Positions 47,348-57,465 of a stretch of DNA of 64,000 bases are shown here, one piece after another. The notes beneath the pieces were generated by a model. It was not told where the DNA came from and did no database searches. It saw only the letters and a list, made by a program, of their open reading frames with translations. The DNA is from Bythopirellula sp. (GTDB lineage: Bacteria > Planctomycetota > Planctomycetia > Pirellulales > Lacipirellulaceae): NCBI GenBank assembly GCA_965216565.1, contig OZ244170.1:1440001-1504000 (forward strand), written 5' to 3'. Every line of letters begins with the position of its first letter. Within the stretch, counting starts at the first letter, position 1. Both the position numbers and the translations under genes were made by a program.

Positions 47348-49792
47348 ATGCATCTACCCATCGCAGATTTCCCGATTACTACGGAGCGAGACTTCAACTG
47401 GTCTGCCCAGCGTGCTCGTCTGCTTGGCACGCTGGCAAGCCTTCGCCCTAAGGCCCGCAATGCGTTCTCAAAATCAATTGCCGAAGCAGCTCGAGCGATC
47501 ATTCCCAAGCCTTTTCGAGGCAACATCCAGTTCGCCATTGGAGCTAGCCAGCAACAACAGTTCATCGAAGCCACCATCATTGGGCAAGCAACGGACGCTG
47601 GACAGCCAAAAGTAGACAAGCAGGCTCTCGAAAAACTGGTTGACGAAGTGCTAGTCGATTCGAGCAACGCAGATGGCAGCACGATTACGCTGCGAAAACG
47701 ACTCCCTGACAACTGCCCCTTACTAGGCCCGGAAGACGTTACGGAGTGGGGTACTATGCTGGCAACCCGTACCACCGAAGGGGCGTTAGTGCAGGCCCAA
47801 CACCGATTGCGCGAGGTCCTCGCCACATCTAGTTCACCGAGTACAAACACCAGAGATGCACAGGTCCATGAACTGCTGGCATTAGTGGCGAGCACCACGG
47901 ACAATTCAGTCGTCGTGATGGATGCGATCGGGCAGGTGGAATGGGTGAATGATAGCTTTATGCGTATGACCGGATATGAGTTAAACGAAATTCAAGGGCA
48001 ACTGTTTTTTGAGTTATTGATTGGTCCAGAAACCGATCAAAGTTCTGCCAGGGATTTACAGTCGGCGATCAAGCTAGGGCATGGGGTGAGCAAGGATGTG
48101 CTTCGCTATCGTAAAGATGGTAAAACTTATTGGGAATTGTTGAGCCTGACTCCCGTGTTTGATAAGAGTGGTTCAGCCAGTCGATGGGTTTCGATTGGGA
48201 CAGATATTTCCGCCAGGCACGCAGCGGAAGAGGCTCTCGCACAAGCCAAAGCGACCGCCGAAGCGGCCAGCAATGCCAAAAGCGACTTCTTGGCTAATAT
48301 GAGCCACGAAATACGTACGCCCATGAATGCTGTGTTGGGCATGACCGACTTAGCTTTGGGAACAAAGCTCACATCGGAACAGAACGAATATCTTTCTATC
48401 GCCAAAGAATCAGCTCAAGCGTTGATGAGTTTACTGAACGATATTCTTGACCTCTCAAAAATAGAAGCGGGCAAACTCGCGGTTGATCCGGTCCCGTTCG
48501 ATCTGTCCCGGTTAGTCGAAAACACACTCAAACCTTTCGCCAAACAAGCCATCAGCAAAGGCATTCAGTTTCAACATGCCATTTTGGCTGACACGCCCAC
48601 TCACCTTATTGGAGACGCAACTCGAGTCCGGCAGATTCTCATCAATCTGGTTAGCAATGCGGTGAAATTCACGAGTCTGGGGAGCATCGACATCTGTGTG
48701 GAATCACAATGGGAATCTGAAGAAGATGTTTCGCTACATCTTTCCGTCAGCGATACCGGGATTGGCATGCCCAAAGAGACATTGCAGCGGATTTTTGACG
48801 CGTTTACTCAAGCGGATAGCTCCATCACGCGAGAGTATGGCGGTACGGGGCTCGGCTTGACAATCTCCGCTCGACTTGTTGAGCTCATGCGGGGGCGTAT
48901 TTGGGTGCAAAGCCACGAGGGAAATGGTTCGATGTTCCACGTCTCGTTGCCGTTTCAAAAGACAGATGAGCACAATGTAAGATCAACTGCGGGCTCCAAC
49001 GGAATAGTTTCATATCCAGAAGCCAGCCAGCCCTGTCGAGCACTCAACATACTCGTAGCCGATGACAACCAAGCGAATCGTGCCCTGGCCAAAAAGATAC
49101 TCGAAAAGCGCGGACATCAAGTCGCTGTCGTCACCAATGGCAGCGAGGCCTTGGATTACTATCAAGCCCATAATCTGGATGCAGCAATTCTCGATATCCA
49201 AATGCCAGAGCTTGACGGCTTCTCTGTCACAGCCGCCATCCGCCGTGAGGAGTCTACTAAGCAAACTCATTTACCTTTAATCGCCATGACCGCTCATGCC
49301 ATGCCAGGTGATCGGGAGCGTTGTCTCCGTGCTGGCTTAGATGCTTATCTCTCCAAACCCATCAACGCCCGCGAACTTTACACGCTGGTTGAAAGCTTGG
49401 GGCAGACACAGAGGCACACGCAGGTGATCACTCAGGCAGAGACTCTCGTGGAGTCGTCCACGCATCCCTTCGCTGCTGCCTTAGCCCGCTTAGAGGGAGA
49501 TGAAGAACTGCTTCGCGAGCAGATGCAGTTCTTCCTTGATGAAAGTCCAGATTTGATGGACCGAGTGCTGGCTGCGCTGGATGAAGAAAATCAAGAGCAG
49601 GTACGTATCGCCGCCCATCGCCTCAAAGGATTAGCGGGTACCGTGGATGGGGGTGAGTTATGTATGATTGCCAACCGCATTGAGCAGTCAAGCGCAGCGG
49701 GCTCACTGGATGAAGTCACGGCCGTCATCGACGAACTTGCCTCAGCGCTGACGCGACTTATAGACCATGTCAGCGACTATGTGTCGTCATGA
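47348..49792 (+). CDS. Hybrid sensor histidine kinase (RsbT-like - PAS - HisKA - HATPase - REC - HPt)
   Basis: FLANMSHEIRTPMN, NLVSNAVKFT, DTGIG, GGTGLGL, ILVADD...LDIQMP...SKP, AHRLKG. Confidence 0.95.
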   Translation: MHLPIADFPITTERDFNWSAQRARLLGTLASLRPKARNAFSKSIAEAARAIIPKPFRGNIQFAIGASQQQQFIEATIIGQATDAGQPKVDKQALEKLVDEVLVDSSNADGSTITLRKRLPDNCPLLGPEDVTEWGTMLATRTTEGALVQAQHRLREVLATSSSPSTNTRDAQVHELLALVASTTDNSVVVMDAIGQVEWVNDSFMRMTGYELNEIQGQLFFELLIGPETDQSSARDLQSAIKLGHGVSKDVLRYRKDGKTYWELLSLTPVFDKSGSASRWVSIGTDISARHAAEEALAQAKATAEAASNAKSDFLANMSHEIRTPMNAVLGMTDLALGTKLTSEQNEYLSIAKESAQALMSLLNDILDLSKIEAGKLAVDPVPFDLSRLVENTLKPFAKQAISKGIQFQHAILADTPTHLIGDATRVRQILINLVSNAVKFTSLGSIDICVESQWESEEDVSLHLSVSDTGIGMPKETLQRIFDAFTQADSSITREYGGTGLGLTISARLVELMRGRIWVQSHEGNGSMFHVSLPFQKTDEHNVRSTAGSNGIVSYPEASQPCRALNILVADDNQANRALAKKILEKRGHQVAVVTNGSEALDYYQAHNLDAAILDIQMPELDGFSVTAAIRREESTKQTHLPLIAMTAHAMPGDRERCLRAGLDAYLSKPINARELYTLVESLGQTQRHTQVITQAETLVESSTHPFAAALARLEGDEELLREQMQFFLDESPDLMDRVLAALDEENQEQVRIAAHRLKGLAGTVDGGELCMIANRIEQSSAAGSLDEVTAVIDELASALTRLIDHVSDYVSS

Positions 49793-50029
49793 GATAAGTG
49801 ACTAAGATAGGTCCCTTCTTCAGCCCAACATAGCTCCAGCCAAGTTGATTTATCACGTGGACGGGCGACGCCTCGAATCCTATGCACTTTGCCATCTCGG
49901 CTTCGAGGATGCTTGCGTTTTTGCATCAGACTTTGGGCGCGGCGGGACTTCTCTCCGTTTTGGTTCATTGAGTTTGGTTCTCCTATTCTGTGGTTCAATG
50001 GTTAACCTAAACGCCTTCTCCAACTCGTA

Positions 50030-50353
50030 TTAGCTTTCAAACTCTGCCTCTCGCTGACACCGAATACAGTAGGTCGCGTAAGGTATGGCTCTCAGGCGAG
50101 TTACTGAAATAGCTCGTCCACAGGCCTCGCAATGTCCATAGACGCCCTCCCGATACCTCTCTAAGGCATGATCTAGGGCCAGTAGTTCGCGGAACTCAGA
50201 TTGCAAAATGTTGGCAACGGCTTCCGCTTCACCCGGCTCGTCCTCGTCATCACCATCGAACTCCAGAGAGTTTAATTCGTAAGCTCGCCAGAGTGCAGAC
50301 CGCCTCGCTTGTAGCTGGCTGGCTAGTTTTTCGAGAGTGTGGGTTGCTTTCAT
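50030..50353 (-). CDS. TraR/DksA C4-type zinc-finger protein
   Basis: ALER...YGHCEACGRAI...RLRAIPYATYCIRCQ. Confidence 0.9.
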   Translation of the reverse strand: MKATHTLEKLASQLQARRSALWRAYELNSLEFDGDDEDEPGEAEAVANILQSEFRELLALDHALERYREGVYGHCEACGRAISVTRLRAIPYATYCIRCQREAEFES

Positions 50354-50416
50354 CAATATGCCGCCTTGTATGATCGCCAGGCTTCAACGTTCAACCGCCC
50401 GACACTAAAGTTGACT

Positions 50417-50431
50417 GCATTTCTGGTGCCA
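50417..50431 (-). promoter_or_regulatory. Sigma-54 -24/-12 promoter (dksA-like gene)
   Basis: TGGCAC-CAGAA-ATGC on the minus strand, about 64 bp upstream of the start. Confidence 0.65.
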
Positions 50432-50647
50432 ATTCTTGTGCAATGGCCCTCGATAGGTACGCCTGCGATACGCGAAATCGTGCATACCTGTGGGTATTTT
50501 GGTAAGCCATGATTGGCTAAGAGAGTACTAGTCGATGAGCAGAACAAAAGCCGCCCAGAGTGCTCAATGACTGATCACCAGACAAGAGTCGATTAGCTCT
50601 ATCGCAAGTCGGCAGCAATTGTCGAGCACTCCAAAGTCTGCGGACTG

Positions 50648-51472
50648 TTAGTTCTCACCACGTCGGTATGCGATCACAGTCAGATCGTCCGGTTTGCAAG
50701 GCAGATTGCCGCTAGAGTCATCCATCCGCTGATGGACTTCACGAACTATCCGCTGCACACCTTGTTGTAACGGCCCTTTGCGAATGTTTTCGACGATTTC
50801 ATCCACGGCCAGATTGTCGAATAGGCCGTCTGTGGCTATCAGTAGAGTATCGAAGCGTGACAGCGTCAGCGTTGGCCCAATCTCTATACGCATGTCTTCG
50901 GCACCGACTACGTTAGAAACTAGATGTCGATCTTCGTGGTGCATGGCATCGTCGTCGTCCAAGACACCCGCTTCAACCGCTTGGCTCACGGGAGCGTGGG
51001 CAACCGTTTGTAGCTTAATTTTTCCTCGCTGGCCAACGACAAGAATCGAAGAATCGCCAACGTGATAAGGGCGAATGACCCCCTCTTGAATTTCAACCAC
51101 AGCGAGAGTCGTGGCAGCGCCAATGCCCAAGGCACGAATTTTTTCGTTCGCGGACTCGATGCCATTGAGAATCGCTGCTCGTAAGACAAGATCATTGTTG
51201 GCATGACTGATCACTTCCTTTTTGATTGCAGTCACGGCAAGCTTCGAGGCTTGTTCGCCCGCTGCACCTCCACCCATGCCATCAGCAACTACCAGCACTC
51301 CGCTACTTTCGGTACTGACCAGCACTGCAGCAGCATCTTCGTTATCAGTTTCCTTATCGGGGCATTTGGAAGAAAAGATGACGGTGATGCCTCTGAGCTG
51401 ATCCAATACCACTGGCTCAGCCATGTTTTGCGTCAAATAAAGAGTGCCGTTTCTCGACATCGACTTGCTCAA
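50648..51472 (-). CDS. PP2C/PPM family Ser/Thr phosphatase
   Basis: NEDA, VVADGMGG, HVGDS, ATDGLFD, DDLTVI. Confidence 0.92.
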   Translation of the reverse strand: MSKSMSRNGTLYLTQNMAEPVVLDQLRGITVIFSSKCPDKETDNEDAAAVLVSTESSGVLVVADGMGGGAAGEQASKLAVTAIKKEVISHANNDLVLRAAILNGIESANEKIRALGIGAATTLAVVEIQEGVIRPYHVGDSSILVVGQRGKIKLQTVAHAPVSQAVEAGVLDDDDAMHHEDRHLVSNVVGAEDMRIEIGPTLTLSRFDTLLIATDGLFDNLAVDEIVENIRKGPLQQGVQRIVREVHQRMDDSSGNLPCKPDDLTVIAYRRGEN

Positions 51473-51479
51473 TCAAGGG

Positions 51480-52808
51480 TTATTTGCCAATCTTCTTGCC
51501 GCACCAAGGACAAAAACTCCAATACTCGCTTACAACTCCCCAGCCGCATGAATTGCACTTTTCGGTTGAGCCTTCGATCTTCCATTTACGGCCAACCTTG
51601 CGATGGCACCAGGGACAATACCGCATGAACGCCATGAGTCGTCTGTCCTTGCACTTGCCATTGGTGCAACGAGCGATGTATCGCTTGTCGCTATACCGCC
51701 GCGTGCCACTAACCTCGAAACCAGGGCCGAAGCACCAAGGACAATAATGCCAGTCGGATTTCAAACCCCGATGACAACGAGGACAACATAGAGGAAAACT
51801 CGTTTCCTCATCATGCCGCTCGCGGTCATCTCCGCACCATGGACAATGTGTCATCAACTCCGAAACCGATCCGCTGCACTGCGAGCAATGACATTTCGTT
51901 TCGAGCAGCTTGCCAAATTGACGCTGAAACTGTTTCCATTGCACGCTTTTCCAATGGGTTTTCGATTTCAAATCTTTTGTTGCTACTCGGCGGCTAGCAT
52001 TTTTCTTCACTATGCGTTGTTTGATGCGATTAAAGGCAGTCAGCAGAGACGTACCACTCGCATAGCGTTTGCGGGGGTTGAGATCCATCGACTTCTGCAA
52101 AAGTTTAACATAGTCGGAATGACAATAGCTTCTGACTCGTTGAATGCCAGGCGGTGGCCAGTCGAACGGCCATTCGGGCAGGTAACCACCAACCATACGG
52201 TACATAATCAACCCGGCGGAAAAAACGTCCGATCGAAACGATGGCTTGCCCATCGCTTGCTCCGGCGCACAGTACCCGATCGTTCCAGCGCCCGATGCCG
52301 TTAGTGTTCGCCAAGTGACCTTAGCGATGCCAAAATCGGCCAGCATGATCTCACCATCACACAGCAGCAGATTTTCTGGCTTGATGTCGCAGTGTATCAC
52401 CCGCTGCTCGTGGGCAAACGCAATCGCTTCTAGCATCTGCTCGGAGTACTCCAAAGCCGTAGCAATCGAGATCCGCGAGCGCAATCGATCAGCAAGCGTC
52501 TTTTCCCCGAGGGGATATGCCAGTACCAACCGACCATCGATCTGGTCAGCACTTTTGAGCGGAAGAATGCGCGGATGTTGCAGGCGTGCTGCCAGTCGTA
52601 TTTCTTTTCGAAAATCCTCTTCGGTTTCCGCGTCCAGCACACTGCTGTGCGGTATCTTTAGGGCGACTCGCAATCCTTCCAGCGTATCCATTGCTTGGTA
52701 GACTACTGCAAACGCCCCTTCGCCCAGCCGCTTTTCAATGCGGTATTTTCCAAGGCGGGAACCTACTCTCAAAGCATCATTTCGATTCACGGTTTTCAGG
52801 ACTTTCAA
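51480..52808 (-). CDS. Ser/Thr protein kinase with C-terminal tandem zinc ribbons
   Basis: LGEGAFAVVY, VALK, HCDIKPEN, DFG, APE; four CPWC-containing CxxC pairs. Confidence 0.93.
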   Translation of the reverse strand: MKVLKTVNRNDALRVGSRLGKYRIEKRLGEGAFAVVYQAMDTLEGLRVALKIPHSSVLDAETEEDFRKEIRLAARLQHPRILPLKSADQIDGRLVLAYPLGEKTLADRLRSRISIATALEYSEQMLEAIAFAHEQRVIHCDIKPENLLLCDGEIMLADFGIAKVTWRTLTASGAGTIGYCAPEQAMGKPSFRSDVFSAGLIMYRMVGGYLPEWPFDWPPPGIQRVRSYCHSDYVKLLQKSMDLNPRKRYASGTSLLTAFNRIKQRIVKKNASRRVATKDLKSKTHWKSVQWKQFQRQFGKLLETKCHCSQCSGSVSELMTHCPWCGDDRERHDEETSFPLCCPRCHRGLKSDWHYCPWCFGPGFEVSGTRRYSDKRYIARCTNGKCKDRRLMAFMRYCPWCHRKVGRKWKIEGSTEKCNSCGWGVVSEYWSFCPWCGKKIGK

Positions 52809-52859
52809 GTGGCAAGAATAAGTTCTCTCTCAGCTAGACGGCTGCATTGTCGTGGTGGA

Positions 52860-54317
52860 TCAATCGTCGGCTGCCTCGACAACGCGGTCAATTTTAAGTC
52901 CAAGCTTCTGAAGTTTTGTGCGGAGTGTCGTACGCGTAATCCCCAATATCTTCGCGGCTTCTTGTTGATTGCCTCCCGTATGAGCTAGTACCATCGCAAT
53001 GATCTTACGCTCAACCTGTTCAATGACTTGATCGTAAACCTTCTCTGCACCGGCATCCAGCAGCTCCTGGACTGATGTCTCGATCGTATCTTGCTGAGTG
53101 GCTGCCGTTTCGGCTGTGGGGTGCTGAGCCCCTGACAACTCCGGCAGAAAATCGGGTAAGAGCACTTGCCCATGGGTCTGCAAAAGTGCTTGACGGACGA
53201 CACCTTGCAATTCACGCACATTCCCAGGCCAGTTATGCTCTGCCAGCAGCCGCATTGACTCGTCGGTAACTGTTGTGACGTTCGTACCTAAGTCTTCGTT
53301 TGCTTGTTGTCGAAAGTAATCTACCAGCTCCGGCAGATCGTCTCCGCGTTCCCGAAGTGGCGGCAACGAGATCGTATAGCCGTTCAGGCGGTAATACAAA
53401 TCGCCACGAAAGCGACCCTCGGCGACCATCTGTTCCAAGTTGCGATTGGTTGCTGCAATCAGTCGCACGTCCGTTTGAATGGTTTCATTACCGCCGACGC
53501 GCTCAAAACGTTGTTCTTGTAATACTCGCAGCAGTTTGCTTTGCAGAATCGGCGACATGTCACCGATTTCGTCCAGGAATAGCGTTCCTCGGTTGCATTG
53601 CTCAAATTTACCAATTCGTTGGCGATCTGCTCCGGTGAACGATCCCTTTTCGTGCCCGAAAAGTTCACTCTCCAGTAAGGCTTCTGGAATCGCTGCGCAA
53701 TTCACTGCTAAAAACTGTTCGCGAGATCGATTGCTGTGTTGGTAAAGTGCACGCGCAATCAATTCCTTACCAGTGCCACTCTCGCCATGAATCAGCACGG
53801 TCACGTTATGGTCAGCTACCATGCCAATCGCTTTGTAAACCTTCTGCATGGCGTCACATCGCCCCACTAGGGAAGTTGCTCCTTTGGTTCCTTCAGAGCT
53901 AACTTCTGGTTTGATTTCTACCGGTTCACACATGAGCCGATAGACCTCAAACGCTCGACCAACCACTCGACGGAGTTCGCGCACATCCAGAGGCTTCATT
54001 AAGTAATCGAGAGCCCCTAGTTTCATCGCCTTAATGGCTGTGTCGCTATCGCCCCAAGCGGTAATCACGATAATCGGAGTGCGAGGATTCTGTTGGCGAA
54101 TTTTTTGAAACACATCTAGCCCAGAACCATCAGGTAGTACCAGGTCAAGAATGACGGCCCCCGGTTCCCTAGCAGAAATCGCCTCCAGTCCCTCGGCAAT
54201 AGTGCCGCACGCTTCGACCTCAAATTCAGTCGATTCGAAGACCCGGCGAAAGAGCTGATGCACAGCCGGTTCGTCGTCAATGACGAGCAAGCGTTGGGAG
54301 GGTGTTGTGCTATTCAT
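52860..54317 (-). CDS. Sigma-54-dependent response regulator (NtrC/AtoC family)
   Basis: REC (LLVIDDE, LDLVLP, MKP), [37 protein letters not shown], Fis-type HTH. Confidence 0.96.
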   Translation of the reverse strand: MNSTTPSQRLLVIDDEPAVHQLFRRVFESTEFEVEACGTIAEGLEAISAREPGAVILDLVLPDGSGLDVFQKIRQQNPRTPIIVITAWGDSDTAIKAMKLGALDYLMKPLDVRELRRVVGRAFEVYRLMCEPVEIKPEVSSEGTKGATSLVGRCDAMQKVYKAIGMVADHNVTVLIHGESGTGKELIARALYQHSNRSREQFLAVNCAAIPEALLESELFGHEKGSFTGADRQRIGKFEQCNRGTLFLDEIGDMSPILQSKLLRVLQEQRFERVGGNETIQTDVRLIAATNRNLEQMVAEGRFRGDLYYRLNGYTISLPPLRERGDDLPELVDYFRQQANEDLGTNVTTVTDESMRLLAEHNWPGNVRELQGVVRQALLQTHGQVLLPDFLPELSGAQHPTAETAATQQDTIETSVQELLDAGAEKVYDQVIEQVERKIIAMVLAHTGGNQQEAAKILGITRTTLRTKLQKLGLKIDRVVEAADD

Positions 54318-54407
54318 AGCGTGGATTGGGGTTTGTGGAGGAGATGGCCAACCCACAGTTTCTCCGTTCAGGTGCTGCCGAGCAAGCGGCATCTTTTCTT
54401 TCGGGCT

Positions 54408-54746
54408 CTAGCCTTTACGATTGGGGTGCAAAAGACGCCGGAATTCCTGCTGGATGGAGAAAAGCTTATTTGAAGAAACTTCGTAGTCCTCAAGTCTTTC
54501 GGTGATACCGGTCAAGACCTCGACATCTTCAGGGAGACTACCGGTATCTCTGGGGTATTTTCGAAACAAGGCAGCCAATTCAGTGAACTGATCAACAAGA
54601 TGTCGACGTTGCCTCCCGCTACAAGGCATTCCTTCCTCGCAGCAACAGTCGATCAGGTCATCGAGCTGATAAGCAATCGAGCCTTTGAGCACACGAGCAC
54701 GAGTAGCCGCTGCATCTGAGCTACTGGGTAGAACGGTTCCATTCAT
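54408..54746 (-). CDS. Hypothetical protein
   Basis: AGGAGG RBS; co-directional with the NtrC gene. Confidence 0.55.
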   Translation of the reverse strand: MNGTVLPSSSDAAATRARVLKGSIAYQLDDLIDCCCEEGMPCSGRQRRHLVDQFTELAALFRKYPRDTGSLPEDVEVLTGITERLEDYEVSSNKLFSIQQEFRRLLHPNRKG

Positions 54747-55221
54747 AAACACCTCCTAGTTTTTGACCCGTCGGCGGGACGGTTGGATGTTGATATTGGT
54801 AGTAAGAGCCATAGTTCATATATCGCGAAGGCCTGGACGCCTCTGGGCGAAGTCCGTAGGGACCATAATCGGACTGTGAGCGATAAGGCGTCCAGGTTGG
54901 CTGCGTTGGGTATTTTTTCGCCCGCAGTAGCTGTTTGGAAGCGTCGTACTCCAGCTGGGGGCGTACCCACAGGTAGTAACGCTCCGCATCGTCATTGTCG
55001 AAGGGGTCTCGGCTATCCAGTAGCAAGTAGGGGCTGACATGGGGTGAAGCGAGCCAGGGCCGCGTAGTGTACACATTTTGATAGACGGTCTGACGCGGAT
55101 CATCGGACAACGATTGCCGCGTAGCCTGCCCGAATGCCATCGAACCCACTCGAAGTGCTGCCAAGCTCACAATGAGCCAGAATGCCAACCCTCGCCAGAG
55201 ATCATCGCGTGTGTAAGTCAT
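54721..55221 (-). CDS. Hypothetical secreted protein (Tyr/Pro rich)
   Basis: GGAGG RBS, signal-peptide-like N-terminus, VSPYLLL...YYLWVRPQLE...RYMNY. Confidence 0.7.
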   Translation of the reverse strand: MTYTRDDLWRGLAFWLIVSLAALRVGSMAFGQATRQSLSDDPRQTVYQNVYTTRPWLASPHVSPYLLLDSRDPFDNDDAERYYLWVRPQLEYDASKQLLRAKKYPTQPTWTPYRSQSDYGPYGLRPEASRPSRYMNYGSYYQYQHPTVPPTGQKLGGVYEWNRSTQ

Positions 55222-55267
55222 AGCAACCTCCGATCAACAAGGGACCAAAAACAACAGTTACTGAAAG

Positions 55268-55282
55268 GCAAGTAATGTGCCA
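55268..55282 (-). promoter_or_regulatory. Sigma-54 -24/-12 promoter (leftward)
   Basis: TGGCAC-ATTAC-TTGC on the minus strand. Confidence 0.8.
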
Positions 55283-55302
55283 AAAACCAACGACCTATAT
55301 CG

Positions 55303-55317
55303 TGGCACACCGCTTGC
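55303..55317 (+). promoter_or_regulatory. Sigma-54 -24/-12 promoter (rightward)
   Basis: TGGCAC-ACCGC-TTGC. Confidence 0.8.
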
Positions 55318-55348
55318 TCGCTGAAGTCACTTCCATCCTACGGCCCTC

Positions 55349-55828
55349 ATGCTAAAGCAATCAAAAATGACAGATATTCAGGCTATCATCGACCAAAATG
55401 CCATTGAGTCCGGTGCCCTAGGCCTTTTGGCGGATGCGATTCGCTCCGCAACTGTCTGGCCACTGCCTCGGCGGCAGCCTGGCCGAAAAGTGGCCACTGT
55501 GCGCTATCTTTGTCAGGTGTACCGACAAATGTTCGAGCGGGTTCTAGCGATCGAGGGAAACGACGGCTACATGGATGTCGTTAGTGACGCCGATTCTCGC
55601 TTCGAAGAGCGACTCGAGAGATTTCGGCGAGAACATCATGGCTACCGCGCGGCCTGGCAAGAGATCATGCCCCAATTGGACCGAGTCGTGGCGAGCAACG
55701 AGTTCGACTTTGAGCTGATCTGCGAGCAAATCAATTCTCTGCTAACCCAGATCGACCGTCACTTCCAGCGGGAGTCTGAATTAATATCTCAGTCTTCGTT
55801 GCTCGATTTCGGGGATGAAGATGACTGA
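55349..55828 (+). CDS. Hemerythrin-like four-helix protein (paralogue of 34296-34760)
   Basis: LAIEGNDGYMD, FRREH, HFQRESEL, acidic C-terminus. Confidence 0.7.
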   Translation: MLKQSKMTDIQAIIDQNAIESGALGLLADAIRSATVWPLPRRQPGRKVATVRYLCQVYRQMFERVLAIEGNDGYMDVVSDADSRFEERLERFRREHHGYRAAWQEIMPQLDRVVASNEFDFELICEQINSLLTQIDRHFQRESELISQSSLLDFGDEDD

Positions 55829-55890
55829 ATTACTCCCAGTCATCTATCTCTACATGGCTTAAGGAACATCAATGAGTGAGGAACGCACCG

Positions 55891-57249
55891 ATGTCTGAAC
55901 CAGCACTGTTACACCAGCTTCCCGAAGTAGTGCGCAATGGCGATCCTGAGCGGCTAGTAGATTATTTGGCTACGCTCGATGCCCGCTCCATGGCCCGCGA
56001 AGTTTGCGAACTCTCAGATGACGACCAGGCAGCGATGCTGACGGCACTAGAGCCTGCCGCAGCCGTGGAAATTCTGGATGACATTCCAGAGGTGGAACGG
56101 ATTGAAGCGGTCAGCAACCTCGCAGCGGACGTAGCGGCTGCCATTATCCATGAGCTGCCAAGTGACGAGCAAGCCGATGTCATTGGTGCTCTGGACGATG
56201 GCGAAGCAGAAGCAATATTGGCGGCGATGGAGCCTGCAGAGGCCGAGCAACTGGCGGAGTTGGTCGCCTATCCGGCTCATACTGCCGGTGGTTTGATGGC
56301 AACCGAAGTGGTAGCGTTTCGAGAGGGAGCTACCGTTGCGCAAGTGCTGCGCCGTCTGCGTCGAGATGCGTCTCGCTTCCGGAGCCTCGACATACAGTAT
56401 GCGTATGTCACCGACGAACTCCGCTCACTAGTTGGCGTGCTCCGGTTTCGTGACTTATTGCTAGCGGATGACAATAGCACCGTGATGGAACTGATGAAAC
56501 GGCATACGCTCTCGGTGCGTGCTGACACGAGTTTGGCAGAACTGCAGGGCTTGTTCGATGGACACTCGTTTCTGGGAGTTCCCGTCATTGATGATAGCGG
56601 GACACTCCTGGGCGTGGTCAGCCGCAGTGCAGTCGATGAGGCAATGCAAGATCAAGTTGCCAGCGACTATCGCCGCTCGCTCGGTTTGGTTCAGGAAGAA
56701 GTTCGCTCCATGCCAGTGCTGCACAGGTCACGTTCACGGTTGGCATGGCTGAGTATCAATATCGTGCTCAACGTGCTAGCGGCGAGTATCATTGCCCTCT
56801 ACCAAGACACGCTTTCGCAAGTCATTGCTTTGGTGGTGTTCTTGCCTATCATCTCCGACATGAGTGGTTGCAGCGGCAATCAAGCCGTGGCGGTCAGCAT
56901 GCGAGAGCTGTCTCTAGGGCTGATTGAGCCCTGGGAGTTGCTGCGTGTGTGGCTTAAAGAAGCTTCCGTAGGTGTATTAAATGGCTTGGCCTTGGGGGGC
57001 CTATTGGGCGTCATTGCATGGGCTTTTGCAGGCAACCTCTGGTTAGGCGCTGTGGTTGGTGTGGCTCTCGCGGCGAACACCTTGATCGCCGTATTGATTG
57101 GTGGTGCCCTTCCGTTAATTCTAAAACAACGTGGAGTAGACCCGGCACTCGCTTCAGGACCAATACTCACAACGGTGACCGATATGGTCGGTTTCTTTCT
57201 CGTGCTCAGCCTGGCAACACTACTTCTTCCCCTGCTGAGCACTTCTTAA
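55891..57249 (+). CDS. mgtE: Magnesium transporter MgtE
   Basis: MgtE_N, TAGGLM, two CBS domains, SRLAWL, SGNQA, DPALASGPILTTVTDMVG. Confidence 0.95.
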   Translation: MSEPALLHQLPEVVRNGDPERLVDYLATLDARSMAREVCELSDDDQAAMLTALEPAAAVEILDDIPEVERIEAVSNLAADVAAAIIHELPSDEQADVIGALDDGEAEAILAAMEPAEAEQLAELVAYPAHTAGGLMATEVVAFREGATVAQVLRRLRRDASRFRSLDIQYAYVTDELRSLVGVLRFRDLLLADDNSTVMELMKRHTLSVRADTSLAELQGLFDGHSFLGVPVIDDSGTLLGVVSRSAVDEAMQDQVASDYRRSLGLVQEEVRSMPVLHRSRSRLAWLSINIVLNVLAASIIALYQDTLSQVIALVVFLPIISDMSGCSGNQAVAVSMRELSLGLIEPWELLRVWLKEASVGVLNGLALGGLLGVIAWAFAGNLWLGAVVGVALAANTLIAVLIGGALPLILKQRGVDPALASGPILTTVTDMVGFFLVLSLATLLLPLLSTS

Positions 57250-57357
57250 CCATGTCAATCGTTTACTGAGCACCTATTGTACGCGAACTGCTTTACGATA
57301 TTTCAAGATTCTCGTGACTCTAGTGCTGCGGCGGCTGAAAATGCCCAACAACTGCTT

Positions 57358-57372
57358 TGGCACATGACTTGT
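57358..57372 (+). promoter_or_regulatory. Possible sigma-54 promoter facing the 3' end of terC
   Basis: TGGCAC-ATGAC-TTGT; -12 GC imperfect; no plus-strand CDS downstream. Confidence 0.4.
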
Positions 57373-57465
57373 GATCAGTTATCGTTGCTGACGTAGATCC
57401 GCCAGCCAGTGCAAACTAAAGATTTGTGCAAGAGGGTACCGACCACATTCGTGTAGTTTTGCACG

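Noticed and set aside
50558..50631. CIRCE-like half-sites GAGTGCTC / GAGCACTC
   Set aside because: Wrong order and spacing for CIRCE, and far from groESL; at most a weak stem
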